From Hypanus sabinus (taxonomy: Eukaryota): a stretch of 64,000 nucleotides of DNA. Below are positions 23,781 through 37,207 of this stretch, piece after piece. Position 1 is the first letter of the stretch; each line of letters opens with the position of its first letter. The stretch is taken from positions 26,660,001 to 26,724,000 of the forward strand of contig NC_082707.1 in NCBI RefSeq assembly GCF_030144855.1, read 5' to 3'. The position numbers were made by a program, and so were the translations under genes. The notes beneath the pieces are model-generated. The model was not told the origin of the DNA, searched no databases, and saw only the letters and a list, made by a program, of their open reading frames with translations.

Positions 23781-24910
23781 ACACACAGAGAATTCTGAAG
23801 GAACTCAGCAGGTCATACATCATCTATGGAGAGGAATAAGAAGTTCATGTTTGAGCTGAGACCATTCATCAGGACTGGGAAAGAAGGGGGAAGAAGCTGG
23901 AATGAGGAAATGGGGGAAGGGTAAGAGTACAAGCTGGCAGGTGATAGGCAATGCCAGGTGAAAGGGAAGATAAGGAGGATGAAGTTAGAAGCTCAGAGGT
24001 GATAGGTAGAAAAGCTGAAGTGCCAAAGAAGAAGGAAGCTGAGAGGAGAGGAGAGCGGACAGGAAAGAAAGTGAAGTACGGCAGACATTAATGAGAGGTG
24101 ATAGGCAGCTGAGGAGGAGAGAAGGAGTAAGAGGGGAGCTCGAATGGGGAATGGAAAAGAGAGAAGGAGGAGGGGAAGAAATTACTGTTAGAAATTGCTG
24201 TTCATGCCATGAGGATTGAGGCTGCCCACACAGAATATGGAGCGTTGTAGTCCAAACTGAGAGTGGCTTCAACATGGCAGTAGTGGAGGCCATGTACTGA
24301 CGTGTTGGAATGGGAAAGGGGAGTTGATTTTAAGTGGCTGACCACCAGGAAATCTGGCTTGTTGCAGATGGAGCAAAGGCACTCGACATAATAGTCCCCC
24401 ATTCTATGTCAGGTCTTACCAATATCAAGGAGAGCACCAGATACAGTAGATGACCCCAACAGGTGAAGTGTTGCCTCACCTGGAGGGACTGTTTGGGACC
24501 CTGAATGGTGGTGAGGGAGGATGTGAACGCGCAAGTGTGGGACTTGTGCCACCTGCATGGATAAGTGCCTGGAGGGAGATTATTGAGGAGGTTCAAATGG
24601 ACAATGGAGTTACAGAGAGAGTGAACCCTGTAGAAAGCTGAGAGGGGAGGAAGTAAAGGTATGTTTAATGATAGGATCCCATTGAAGACAGAGAATAAAG
24701 TGCTAGGTGTGGAGGCTCATGGGGTGCTAGGTAAGGACAAGAGGAACTCTACCCCTTTTATGGTGGTGGAAAGATGATGTGAGGACGGATGTCCAGGGGA
24801 AGGAGGAGATGAGGATGAGGGCAACATCAGTGGTAGAGAGTGGAAAAACCTCTTCATGGAAGAAAGAGGACACCTTAGATGTTCTGGAATGGAAAGCCTC
24901 ATCTTGGTAG
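23780..24910 (-). mobile_element. Neptune-clade Penelope-like element, 3' portion with pLTR hammerhead
   Basis: Cys linker PPGTYPCRWHKSHTC..TIQGPKQSLQVRQHFTC, GIY-YIG remnant, pyrimidine-rich spacer, minus-strand cagtcCTGATGA at ~23866-23877. Confidence 0.85.
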
Positions 24911-24984
24911 TCTTTTAGTCCTATATACTGTATGCTCCATTCGGTCTTTTATCTTACACTTCACTTCTTTCCGAAGTCCTGTTT

Positions 24985-25672
24985 CAGAAACTATAAGCCC
25001 TCCAGTTTTCTCCCAGTTCTGAGGAAGGATCCCTGAGCTGAAGCTGATTAGGTTCTGGATTGGTTTTACGCCATTGAGGCAAGGAACGGATCATGGCTTG
25101 GCTTTGCGAATGAAGATTTAGGAAGGGGGCTGCCCACATCTGCTGCTGAGGATGGTCATAGGCGTGGGCGTGTCCTTCAGCCTGCACAATGGTTTTTTTT
25201 AGGTGGAGTGCAGTGTGCGCAGTACTAGCCCCACCCTTTACACCCTTTACATCTGCCATGGCCTAGCAAGCTGGGATGGTGACAGCGAGGTCCTCAGGTC
25301 GTAGGAGTTACTTCGTAGTGTCCTTCTCCTAGGTGGATGGCCTGACAAGGCTGACAAGCCCCACCTGCCCAGGTTTGGAGTCAGAGTTGTCCTTCTCTTA
25401 GGCTGGCTTCCAACCAAGGCTAACGAGCCCAGCTTACCCATCCAGTTATGCCGCCAGACTCTCAGTCGCGCCATGACATAGCAAGCTCAGTGGAAACGAG
25501 GGGCACCGAAAGAGAATGTGTTGCTACGGACACAGTAGTGTAAGAGAGGCCATTTGCAGTAGGCCTCCTGCCTAGCAAGCCAGACAGTGACCACGCGGCG
25601 ATCACTACACCAGGAAAGGAGAGGCGATGTATTGCGCGTGCACTTTCCCTGGGTGAGCGGGACGTCAGGCAA
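24985..25672 (-). mobile_element. RTE-clade LINE 5' UTR-like fragment with a duplicated conserved motif
   Basis: Two tandem copies on the minus strand of ggctcgttagccttgg..gccagcctaagagaaggacaactctg, a typical RTE 5' UTR motif. Confidence 0.55.
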
Positions 25673-27964
25673 GGAATGGATAGTTGGGTGAAAAAAACAC
25701 GGTTGACAACAGATGCACTTAATGTGAAGGAATCAAGAACCAGACAGGGCTCTTGAGAGTTATAAGTTAATCCAGAAGGATTTTAAAGAGGGATTTAGGA
25801 GAGCTAGAAGGAGATATGAGAAAGCCTTGGTGAGTAGGATTAAGGAAAATCCAAGGCATTTTACACCAAAAATGGCCACTTTGGCTCACTAAGTCCATGC
25901 TGACCTTAATAAATATCTTCGCTAATCCTGAACCACTGAGCTACTTGTCTTAGGGAGTTAAGACCAATCAGGTTCTTGTCTTGGACCAAGATCAGAATGT
26001 ACCTTATCTCTGGGTTTTTGATGAAATCCAAGTCACTGGGCCTACCTTGGTGATCTCTCTGGCCAGACTCTTCATCTCAGGACACAATCTATGTTACTGA
26101 TGACTATATTCCTTGCCTTTGAGGTAAAAAACAGTGAAGTTCTGGTCTCCAGGATTAAGACCCTGTCTCTTGAGTTTAAAGGCAATGTGCTCCTTGCCCC
26201 TGGTGTTAAGTCAGTAAAAAAAATCATCAATGTGAAACATTAACTGTGTTTCTCTCTCCACAGATACTGCCTGGACCTACTGAGTATTTCCAGCATTTTG
26301 AGTTTTTGTTTCTTTCCATAATTTATTTGATAAGGTCCCAAACAAATCCACATCTTTTTACCCCCACCAACACACCACATTATTTTCAATTCAAGGATTA
26401 CAAACAAATTCTCACCCACCAGTTCCACAGACAGAACATGCTGAGCACCAAAAATATAACCCATCCTAACTTTCCCACATGCAAGCAGTTAATGGATACC
26501 CTTCCTAAAATGTACACTCAAAAGACCAAAAGACCAATTTTAGCATTGTAATTCTGATTGGCAACTAAGCCATTTCTCATCATAGGATGGTCATTAATTT
26601 TGAGCTTGATTCATTTAGTTTGTCTAATTTTATTACCATGCCTCTCCGCCCTGTGACCACCCTCTAGATTTAGCATTTTTTAGTGAGATAGAAATAGGAA
26701 TTAAAATTAAGAATTGATTCACCAACAAAAATGCAAGTGCATCGGTATTACACTTGTGATGTCATAAAATTTGCAAATACCCTGTACTAGTAGGTTTTAT
26801 TTATAGTATTTTTGAATCAGATTTATTATCACTAACATACAGTATGTCATGAAATTTGTTGTTTTCTGGTAGTAGTGTAGTGCAATACATAGAAATTTAC
26901 AATAAAAATGTAAATAAATAAAAGAGCAAAATAGTGAGGCAGTTTTCATGGATTCAGGAACTGATCAGAAATCTCAAGGAGAGAAAGAAGCTGTTCCTAA
27001 AACACTGAGTGTGCTTCTTCATTTTCCTGTACCTCCTCCCTGGAGGCTGCAATGAGAAGGGGGCATGTCCTGAGTGATGAGGGTTCTTACTGTTACATTA
27101 CAAGAGTGGCCTAAATACACTCAACAATATAAGCCATCTGTAACTTAAATTCAAAGTCAACATCTTTATTAAATAAACTCCATGAAGGGAAACTGGTACA
27201 GTAATGAATCTGATTACTATAATGTGAAAGGCTATTATATTAGTACACATTGCCTTTATGAGTCTCTGCATATAGAGTTCTTTGCTAATTAGAATATTTG
27301 AACAAGATATCCCACAAAGGACATATTCCCTGAGCAATTCATCATATGTTGTTGCTGTAACATACTTTAGCTTGTAATTCCGTGCACTATATGATTTTCT
27401 CGCCTCGTTTTCTCTCACCCTGTAGAACAGCTCAGCTTACCCCAACACATAAAATCCTCGCAGGCTTCCACCCATGCATGCACCATTATTTTCACTGCTC
27501 TCTCCATTCATCTTCCCTTGCAGGCCAGTTTGACCTCCGTTCATCATGTCCTCTCTCCTCTTGCTCACTGCCCTACTTTCTTTGCCTCTGTGTAAACTTC
27601 CCAGCCAATCTTTGTTATCCCCATCCCAAGTCAATATTTTTACTCACAGAATGCCAATCAGAAATGGAACCATTTCTGTTCCAGTTTTGCATCACTCTCA
27701 AATCACACGCCCCTTCTCTTTTCCCGACTCCTTTTCCTTCCAGAATAATTGCTCCCCAATTCTCCTACAATTTTTAGTCAGTTATTCTTAATTCCATTGA
27801 CCATGTCATTTTTGAGGTGGCCACTCTATTCAACCACACCCTCATCTCTATGTGTAATCTGATTTCCATTAAAACCACAACTGCCTCTGCTCCTTGCTTG
27901 CTGTGTCTTTTGTCTCCACTCTATTATAACCCAGGGACAGAAATGTTAAAAGGATAAAGTGGAT

Positions 27965-29260
27965 GACTCATAGAAAATAGTACAGGCCCTTCAGCCCACA
28001 GTGGTGCTGACCTTTTAACCTACTGCAAGATCAATCTAACCCTTCCCTCCTACATAGCCCTCCATTTTACTATCATCCATGTGCCAATTTAAAGAGTTTC
28101 ATAAATGCCCCTAATGTGTCTGCCTCTATTACCACCGCTGGCAGTGTGCTCCTCATTTAGCTGTTCATCAAAACATATCATAGAACATAGAATAGTACAG
28201 CACATTACAGGCCCTTCGGCCCACAATGTTGTGCCGAAGGACACACCTCTGCTGTATTTGATACTTCTAACATAGAATCCTAAGAACCTAGAGTACATGA
28301 GTAGATCCTTTGGCATCAACCATTATGAAAATATAACTAATCCCATCTGCCTATACTTGGCTCTTATCCCTGAACGATGACTTCCCCTTTATTATAGTTC
28401 ACACAGTCCTTGACTGTATTTCATCTATTTTCTTCACTTCCACTTGCGCTCCAACTTCCATCATCCCTCATGGTGAATCTGAGCTCTTTCTGTCTCTGAG
28501 GCCCATCTCCTTCTTGGCCCTACTCCAACTAATCTGTCCACCCAGTTTCCCTTCCTAGTGAGGCTGATAATGCTTACAATCCTCTTGTTCTCTCCACCGA
28601 GAGTCATAGAGAACTACAGCACAGAAATGGGCCCTTTGGCTCATGTAGACAACGTTGAGCCATTGTTCTGCCTAATCCCATTAACCTGCACCTGGACCAT
28701 AGCCCTCCATAACCCTCCCATCCATATACTTCTCCAAACTTCTCTTAAATGCTTTAAATGAATCCACATCCAGGATTTCCACTGGCAGCTCGTTCCATAC
28801 TTGCACCATGCTCTGAGTGAAGGAGTTCCCTGTCAGGTTCGCTTGAAATCTTTCACCTTTGACTCCTAGTTCCATTCTCACCCAGCCTGCTTGTATTTAC
28901 ACTGTCTAAACCATTCACAATATTGTATACCTCTATCAAATCTCCCCTTATTCTCATATGCTCCAGGGGAAAAACAAGTCCTCACCCATTCAACCTATCT
29001 GTATAACTCAGGTTTGAAGTCCCAATGCAGCTTTGCAAATTTTCCCTGTACTCTTCCAATATTATTGATACCTTTTCTGTCAGTAGTGACCAGAACCGTG
29101 CAGAATAGTCCAAATTTGCCTCACTGAAGTGTTATACAATTTCAACATAACATCTCCTCCCATGTGATCAATACTCTGATTAATAAGAGCACTATTTACA
29201 ACTCTACCTGCCTGTGGTGCCACTTTAAAAGGAATTATGGATTTGTCTTTCCAGATCCTT
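27965..29260 (-). mobile_element. Cluster of CR1 3'-end fragments (27965-28150, 28178-28240, 28600-29260)
   Basis: (CATAGAA)n tails; FTQSMVQVWNELP; VRQIW. Confidence 0.8.
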
Positions 29261-29824
29261 CTCAACTTCCTAATCATCACCATCCTTCAGAAAGGCCTAA
29301 CTGTGATTTCTCCATCTGCATAAATACCACACTATCTCCAACCTCCCTTTACTGCTCCAGATCTTTGGGAGCTACTAATCCATTCCCATCCTTCCCATGA
29401 CATCTACAGCCAGTTGTACACCTGTGTGTCTATCACTACCACAGTGCCACAGAGCTCTAACAGAGTCACAGTTGATGTCCTAGGTATGTGAACACAATGA
29501 AAGTAATACATTCCTTCTTGTCTTTCTCAATTTTCTTACAGACTTTGGCATAGTTAAGCACCCTGACAGCAGCTCTCCATGTTGAACATAGAACATAGAA
29601 CAGTACAGGCCCTTCAGCCCACAATGTTGTGCCGACCCTCAAACCCTGCCTCCCATATAACCCCCTACCTTAAATCCCTCCATATACCTGTCTAGTAGTC
29701 TCTTAAACTTCACTAGTGTATTTAAGTAAGCTCATAAGACAAATGAGCAGAATTTAGCCATTTAACCCTCTCAACACCTTTCTCTTGCTTTCTCCCTATA
29801 TTCTTTGACTCCTTTACTAACCAC

Positions 29825-31250
29825 CTATAAGACCATAAGATATAGGAGCAGAAGTAGGCCATTTGGCCCATCAAGTCTGCTCCACCATTCAATCATGGGC
29901 TGACCCAATTGTTCAGTCATCCCCACTCCCCTCCTTTCACCCCATCAACCTTTGATGCCCTGGCTCATCAAGAACATATCCATCTCTGCCTTAAATACAC
30001 CCAGTGACTTGGCCCCCACAGTTGCTCATGGCAACAAGTTCCACAGATTTACCACCCGCTGACGAAAGTAATTTCTCCACATCTCAGTTCTAAAAGGACG
30101 TCCTTCAATCCTGAAGTTGTGCCCTCTTGTCCTAGAATCCTCGACCATGGGAAATAAATTTGCCATATCTAATCGGTTCCGGCCTTTTAGCATTCTGAAT
30201 GTTTCTATGAGAACCCCTTCATTCTCCTAAACTCCGGAGAATGCAGCCCAAGAGCTGCCAGACATTCCTCATATGGTAACCCTTTCATTCCTGGAATTAA
30301 GCTCGTGAATCTTCTCTGAACCCTCTCCAATGTCAGTGTATGCTTTCTAAAATAAGGAGCCCAAAACTGCACACAATACTCCAAGTGTGGTTTCACAAGT
30401 GCCTTATGGAGCCTCAACACCACATCCCTGCACTTATATTGTATACCTCTAGAAATGAATGACAACATTGCATTCGCCTTCTTCACAACCAACTCAATCT
30501 GGAGGTTAACCTTTAGCATATCTTGCACAAGGACTCCCAAGTCCCTTGGCATCTCTGCATTTTGAATTCCTTCCCATCTAAATAATAGCCTACTTGTTTA
30601 TTTCTTCCATCAAAGTGCTTGACTTTCCAACATTGTATTTCATTTGCCACTTCTTTGCCCATTCCCCTAAACTATCTAAGTCTCTCTGCAAGCTCTCAGC
30701 ACTACCCACTCCTCCACCTATCTTGTTAACATTGGCAAATTTAGCCACAAATCCATTAATATCATAGTCCAAGTCATTGAGATACATTATAAAAAGCAGC
30801 GGTCCCAACACTGACCCCTGTGGAACTCCACTTGTAACCAGCAGCCAGCCAGAATAGGATCCCTTTATTCCCACTTTCTATTTTCTGCCAATCAGCCAAT
30901 GCTCCACCCACACTAGTAACTTCCGTGTAATTCCATGGGTTCTTATCTTGCTAAGCAGCCTCATGTGCAGCATCTTGTCAAAGGCCTTCTGAACATCCAA
31001 GTACACCACATATTCTGCATCTCCTTTGTCCACCTTGCTTGTAATTTCCTCAAAGAATTACAGTAGGTTTGTCAGGCAGAATTTTTCTTTCAGGAAATGA
31101 TGCTGGCTTTGGCATATCTTGTCATGTACCTCCAGGTACTATGTAATCTCATCCCTAACAATCGACTCCAACAACTTCCCAACTATTGATGTCAGGCTAA
31201 CAGGTCTATAGTTTCCTTTCTGCTGCCTCCAACTCTTCTTAAATAGCAGA
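29825..31250 (-). mobile_element. CR1 LINE 3' portion
   Basis: VTSGVPQGSVLGPLLF, RDLGVLVQD, PHLEYCVQFW; (CCATAAGA) tail. Confidence 0.92.
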
Positions 31251-31487
31251 TATGAATCTCCTCTGTATACTTACTCAATGAGTACAATATACCCAATTTT
31301 CTTCAAACTAATTTTAATTTAGTTTATTTTTAGTTATAGCACAGTAACAGCCCTTTCCAGCCTAATGAGCGCATGCTGCCCTATTACAATAAATTTCAAA
31401 GTTCAAAGTAAATTTATTAACAGAGTATATATAAGTTTATATAGATGGTGTGTGTGTGTGTGTGTGTGTAGATATATGTGTGTGTAT

Positions 31488-33385
31488 AACCATATTACCA
31501 TATAACAATTACAGCATGGAAACAGGCCAACTCGGCCCTTCTAGTTCATGCCAAATGTTTACTCTCACCGAGTCCCACTGACCTCCACTCAGCCCATAAC
31601 CTTCCATTCCTTTCCTGTCCATATACCTATCCAATTTTACTTTAAATGACAATACTGAACCTGCCTCTACCACCTCTACTGGAAGCTCGTGCCACACAGC
31701 TACCACTGTCCGAAGTTCCCCCTTGTGTTGTCCCTAAATTTTTGTCCCCTAACTCTCAACTCATGTCCTCTTGTTTGGATCTCCCCTACTCTCAATGGAA
31801 AAAGCCTATTCACATCAACTCTATCTATCCCCCTCATAATTATAAACACCTCTAACAAGTCCCCCCTCAACCTTCGACACTCCAAAGAACAAAGACCTAA
31901 CTTGTTCAACCTTTCTCTGTAACTTATATGCTGAAACCCTGATAACATTCTAGTAAATCTCCTCTGTACTCTCTCTATTTTGTTGACATCTTTCCTATAA
32001 TTCGGTGACCAGAACTGTACACAATACTCCAAATTTGGCCTCACCAATGCCTTGTACCATTTTAACATTACATCCCAACTCCTGTACTCAATGCTCTGAT
32101 TTATAAAGGCCAGCATACCAAAAGCTTTCTTCACCACCCTATCCACATGAGATTCCACCTTCAGGGAACTATGCACCATTATTCCTAGATCACTCTGTTC
32201 TACTGCATTCCTCAATGCCCAACCATTTACCATGTATGTCCTATTTTGATTATTCCTACCAAAATATAGCACCACACACTTATCAGCATTAAACTCCATC
32301 TGCCATCTTTCAGCCCACTCTTCTAACTGGCCTAAATCTCTTTGCAAGCTTTGAAAATCTACTTCATTATCCACAATGCCACCTATCTTAGTATCATCTG
32401 CATACTTACTAATCCAGTTTACCACCCCATCATCCAGATCATTAATGTATATGACAAACAACATTGGACCCAGTACAGATCCCTGAGGCACACCACTAGT
32501 CACTGGCCTCCAACCTGACAAACAGTAGTCACCATTACTCTCTGGCATCTCCCATCCAGCCACCGTTGAATCTATTTTACTACTTCAATATTAATACCTA
32601 ATGATTGAACCTTCCTAACAAACCTTCCGTGTGGAACCTTATCAAAGGCCTTACCGACATCCATATAGACAACATCCACTGCTTTACCCTCGTCAACTTT
32701 CCTTGTAACCTCTTCAAAAAATTCAATAAGATTTGTCAAACATGACCTTCCACGCACAAATCCATGTTGACTGTTCCTAATCAGACCCTGTCTCTCCAGA
32801 TAATTATATATACCATCTCTAAGAATACATTCCATTAGTTTACCCACCACTGACGTCAAACTTACAGGCCAGGAATTGCTAGGTTTAATATTAGAACCCT
32901 TTTTAAACAATGGAACAACATGAGCAATACACCAATCCTCCGGCACCATCCCCATCTCTAATGACATTTGAAATATTTCTGTCAGAGCCCCTACTATTTC
33001 TACACTTTGTACACTAACTTCCTTCAGGGTCCTATGGAATATCCTGTTAGGATCCGGAGATTTATCCATTTTTATATTCCTTAAAAGCGCCAGTACTTCC
33101 TCCTCTTTAATCGTCATAGTTTCCATAGCTACCCTACTTGTTTCCCTTACCTTACACAATTCAATATCCTCGTCCTTAGTGAATACCAAAGAAAAGAAAT
33201 TGTTCAAAATCTCCCCCATCTCTTTTGGTTCTGCACATAGCTGTCCACTCTGATTCTCTAAGGGACCAATTTTAACCTTCACTATCCTTTTGCTATTAAT
33301 ATAACTGTAAAAACCCTTTGGATTTATTTTTACCTTACTTGACAAAGCAACCTCATATCTTCTCTTAGCTTTTCTAATTTCTTTT
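31488..33385 (-). mobile_element. Relatively young 5'-truncated CR1 LINE (ORF2 pieces of 283 and 287 aa)
   Basis: PVSLTSVVGKLME, QHGFVRGRSCLTNL, GVPQGSVLGP, KYADDTKIGG; few disablements; (TATATGG) tail. Confidence 0.95.
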
Positions 33386-33398
33386 ATATATATACATA

Positions 33399-33613
33399 TA
33401 TAGCGGTGTGCTACACGCAGCACTAAAATTACGACACGGAGTCAGTAACTGCAGTCGAAGGAAAAAACTTTATTCGAAAACTTCAGCCTCACTTTTAAGC
33501 CTCCCTCAACTGGCCCCCCATGGCGCAGAGGCTCCAAAGCTCTGTGCTCGCAAACCCCCGTAGGCTATCTAATTGTGAGTCAGTTCGGATGCGCCAGGAA
33601 ATGGGTCGCCACA
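33399..33613 (-). mobile_element. Solo LTR (215 bp) inserted in a (TA)n tract
   Basis: Minus-strand ends tgtggcg...cgcta(t)a, AATAAA at ~33469-33474, flanked by tatata on both sides, CpG-rich. Confidence 0.75.
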
Positions 33614-33763
33614 TATATATAAAACACCATCAACAACTGTGAATTCATTTTCTTGGGGACATTCACAGTTGATACAAAGAAATATCCAATAAATGAAAAA
33701 CCACATACAACAAGACAGACAAACAACCCATGTGCAAAAGATGACAATCTGTGCAAGTACAGA

Positions 33764-33779
33764 ATAAATAAATAAATAA

Positions 33780-33811
<32 letters not shown>

Positions 33812-33840
33812 ATAAATAGATAAACAAACAAACAAACAGA
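33764..33840. repeat. (TAAA)n/(TAGA)n/(CAAA)n compound microsatellite
   Basis: Direct reading. Confidence 0.95.
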
Positions 33841-34289
33841 CATTAAATATCGAGAGTGAGAAATGGAGAGTCCTTGAAAGTAAGTCCATAAATTATGGGA
33901 GCATTACAGTATTAGGGTGAATGAAGCTGAGTGAAGATATCTGTGAACACTCGTGCCAGTTGATCAGCACAGGTCCTCAGTACTTGTCCAGGTACCCTGT
34001 CCAAGCCGGATACTCTCCATGGGCTCACCCTCCTGAAGGATGCCCTCACAGCACTCTCAGAGACTGAAATCACAGGGTTGTTGGGGGCTGTGGACGTTTG
34101 TGAAGGTGCTTTCATGTTTTGTCATTCAAAGCAAGCATAAGAGTCATCGAGCTCCCCTGGGAGAAAAACTTTGTTTTCTCGTACTACATGTTGCTTGGTT
34201 TTACTTGGTGAAGGGCAAATTAAGCTCTGCCACAGATGTCAAGCATCCTTCTTTGGTCTGGAATTGCCACTTCGCTTGCAGGATGGCTT

Positions 34290-34590
34290 TTATTTATCTT
34301 ATTATTCATTTTATTTTGAGATACATTGTGGAACCGGCCCTTCCGGCCTAATGAGCCGCACCTCCCATCAACCCACTTATTTAACCCTGACCTAATTACA
34401 GGATAATTTATATTGCCCAATTAACCGATTAACCTATATTGCCCGATTAACCTTTGGAGTCTGTGAGGAAACCGACGTGTAGATGGGGGAGGGCGTTCAA
34501 ACCCCTTACAGACAGCATGGGAACTGAACTTTGAACTCCAATGCCACAAGCTGTAGTAGCTTCACACTGACTGCTATACTAACGTGGCTT
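34290..34590 (-). mobile_element. V-SINE copy (internally deleted)
   Basis: Same tail and body as 15115-15393. Confidence 0.7.
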
Positions 34591-35014
34591 TCTGTAGGTT
34601 CTACTTGGATCTCTTGTACTTTACTTGGTCGACAGACCTGAGCACCACTGATCCGGCCCTCAGCGGGTTGCGGATCTCTTGGTTCACCAGGGATTCTGGT
34701 TAGGGAAGACTCAAAGTGATTTTGTGGGGACACACTCAGCCACGACTAACTTTATAAAGTCTGTGACAGCCGAGGCATATTCACTCAGATCCTCCGATAT
34801 TTCTTTGAACGTGGTCCAAAACAGTCTCAAAACAGCCCTGTAGCTGCTGCTCTACCTCCCACAACCACTCTTCATTGTCCTTACTCTGGAGCCTTGCTCC
34901 TTATCTTCTGCCTATATGCGGGTAGGACAGCCAGATGGTCAGATTTCCTGATCTTTTCTTATGGTAGTATAGTAGTAGCTGAACTCTGGTATTGTAGGTG
35001 ATATATCGATGATA

Positions 35015-35288
35015 GTGTTGGCCAAGTGGTTAAGGCATTGGTCTAGTGATCGGAAGGTCACTAGTTCGAGCCTCAGCTAAGGCAGTGTGTTGTGTCCTTG
35101 AGCAAGGCACTTAATCACACATTGCTCTGCGATGACACCAGTGCCAAGCTGTATCGGCCCTTGCCCTTCCCTTGGACAACATCGGTGGTGTGCAGCTTGG
35201 GCAACTGCTGGTCTCCCATACAACCCTGCCCAGGAAACTTTCCAAGGAGCAAATCCATGGTCTCTTGAGACTAACGGATGCCTATAGA
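35015..35288 (+). mobile_element. tRNA-derived SINE with a CORE-like central domain and an RTE-like tail
   Basis: A box tggccaagtgg, B box gttcgagcc, gtgtccttgagcaaggcacttaa, tail ggaaactttccaaggagcaaatccatgg. Confidence 0.8.
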
Positions 35289-37207
35289 TTGATGATAACT
35301 GGGCAGATATTTCTTCAAACAAGCCTGATTGCAGTCTCTGGCAATAATTTGAAAGGTAGTGCTATGATTTGAAAGGATAGGCTCTTTCTTGTTTACTTAT
35401 CACTGCCTTTAGTACCTTATGTTCATGCTTAACATCACCGTTTGATGGTATGTAAACTGCAGTCACAGAGAACAGCCCATTTGGTTAATAGAACAGTTGG
35501 CACTTAGCATCATTAGATGCTCCAGGTTGGGGGAACATGAGTGTGACAAACCCACTACGTCGGAGCATCATATGATGAAACATACACCACCCTCTTCAAA
35601 TCAACACTAATTAGCCTCCCAACCCATATGTCTTTGGAATGAGGGAGGAAATTGGAACAAGTGGAGAAAACCCACACGGTCTTGGAGAGAACTTGTTCTT
35701 ACAGTCGGTGACGGAATTGAGCTTGCATCACGGGTGCCAAAATAGCATTATGCTAAAAGCTACTCTACTGTGCTGCTGAATTAATTTATTGCCTTTTTTC
35801 TCCACTTCTGCTCTGCTGCCTGTTTTTATCCTCAGCTACTTCCTATTACCCACTGTGTCTGGCTCCACAACTGAAACAAAAATGTCTGCTCTAACAAATA
35901 TGTTCCTGGACGCTCCACCACTAAATTATCAGAGGGAATATCCAACATTCAGTACTGGAAAAGCAGCAATTTCTTCCAAATAAATATAACTAAAATAAAG
36001 CTACTGCTGTCGGTCCCTGTCACAAGCTCCATTCTATTTCCTGGTTCCTCTTGCTGGCAACTATGTGACACTGAACCAGTCTGGTTACAACCCCAGTGGG
36101 CCACTTTGACCATATGTTGCGTTTCCACATCATCGGTACAATTATCTCTTTCCTTCTCCATTGCAATGCCTGATTTTAACTGTGGCTCATTTCTGGACTC
36201 TGCTGTTACAGCTCGCTTCTGTCTGACATCCCTCATTTTCCCTTCCACTGACTTACCATCCAGAATTCTGCTACCCTCAGAGTCCGAGCGTAACCAAGTC
36301 CTGCTTGTCCACGCCAATGAGGTTCATCCACGACAGGAACTAGCCTCTTCAGCATTGGGGACACTTTCAAGAAGCAATGCCTCAAAAAAGTGACATCTGT
36401 CATTAAGGACATGCCTTCTTCTCACTGCTATCATCAAGAAGGAGGTGCAGGAGCCTGAAGATGCACACTCAATATTTTAGGAACAACATCATATTTCTGA
36501 ATGGACAATGAAACCATGTCCACTACATCACTATATATTTTTTGTTTTTTATTAGCATGTTGCACTACCTATTTAATTATATGTGTATTTGTATATGTAG
36601 TAATATACAGTTTGTTTATTATTTTTATGTATTTCAATGCACTGCTACCACAAATCAGATTTCTTGACATTCTAATTCTATTTCTGATTCTGAGCATGGT
36701 ATTGATTATAAAACTACCTAGAGCTTTTCAACCACTTCTAAAGGCATCAGTATCTATCTCTACATTTCTTTCCTCTGTACACTTCCAATTCTATTAGAGA
36801 ATCTGTAAAAACATTCTTTGTTCTTGTGCAATCAGCATGTGTCTAGCCACCAGTCTACCCAAGGCTGTCTAGATATCTCCAGACATATTGACACGTGACT
36901 TCCCTGGAGTAACTGAAAGAACGAGATGGGATTTCTCCATTGCAGTCAACCCACTGGCAATGTCACTGTTGGCACAGGAGCATTCAACTCCCAAAATGCC
37001 AACACACCTGAAGATACATATTTCAATTGACTCAAAAAGTGGATCATTGTAATTTGCCTGGTAGATTTAATGCAGCTTTCAGCTCAAGTAACAGTGTTAA
37101 TCATTTACAACAGATCCAACCATTTTCTCTTCACCTTCATAATTCTCTGACTGGCAGAACTGATCCTCACACTCAGTAATTTTTCTATCTGTTCCTCACA
37201 TTTTCTC

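Larger units (their letters stand above)
31394..35600 (-). mobile_element. Internally deleted Rex1/Babar LINE hosting nested CR1, solo LTR and two SINEs
   Basis: 3' tail ttcaaagttcaaagtaaattt at 31394 resumes at 33614; RT-linker remnant 33930-34290 (GLDRVPGQVLRTCADQL); APE remnant 35290-35600 (TAVYIP). Confidence 0.65.

Noticed and set aside
33569-33889. ORFs with (IYLS)n repeats
   Set aside because: Translation of a (TAGA)n microsatellite in a Rex 3' UTR
35015-35085. tRNA gene
   Set aside because: The A/B boxes continue into a SINE body and tail; no complete cloverleaf or T-run terminator
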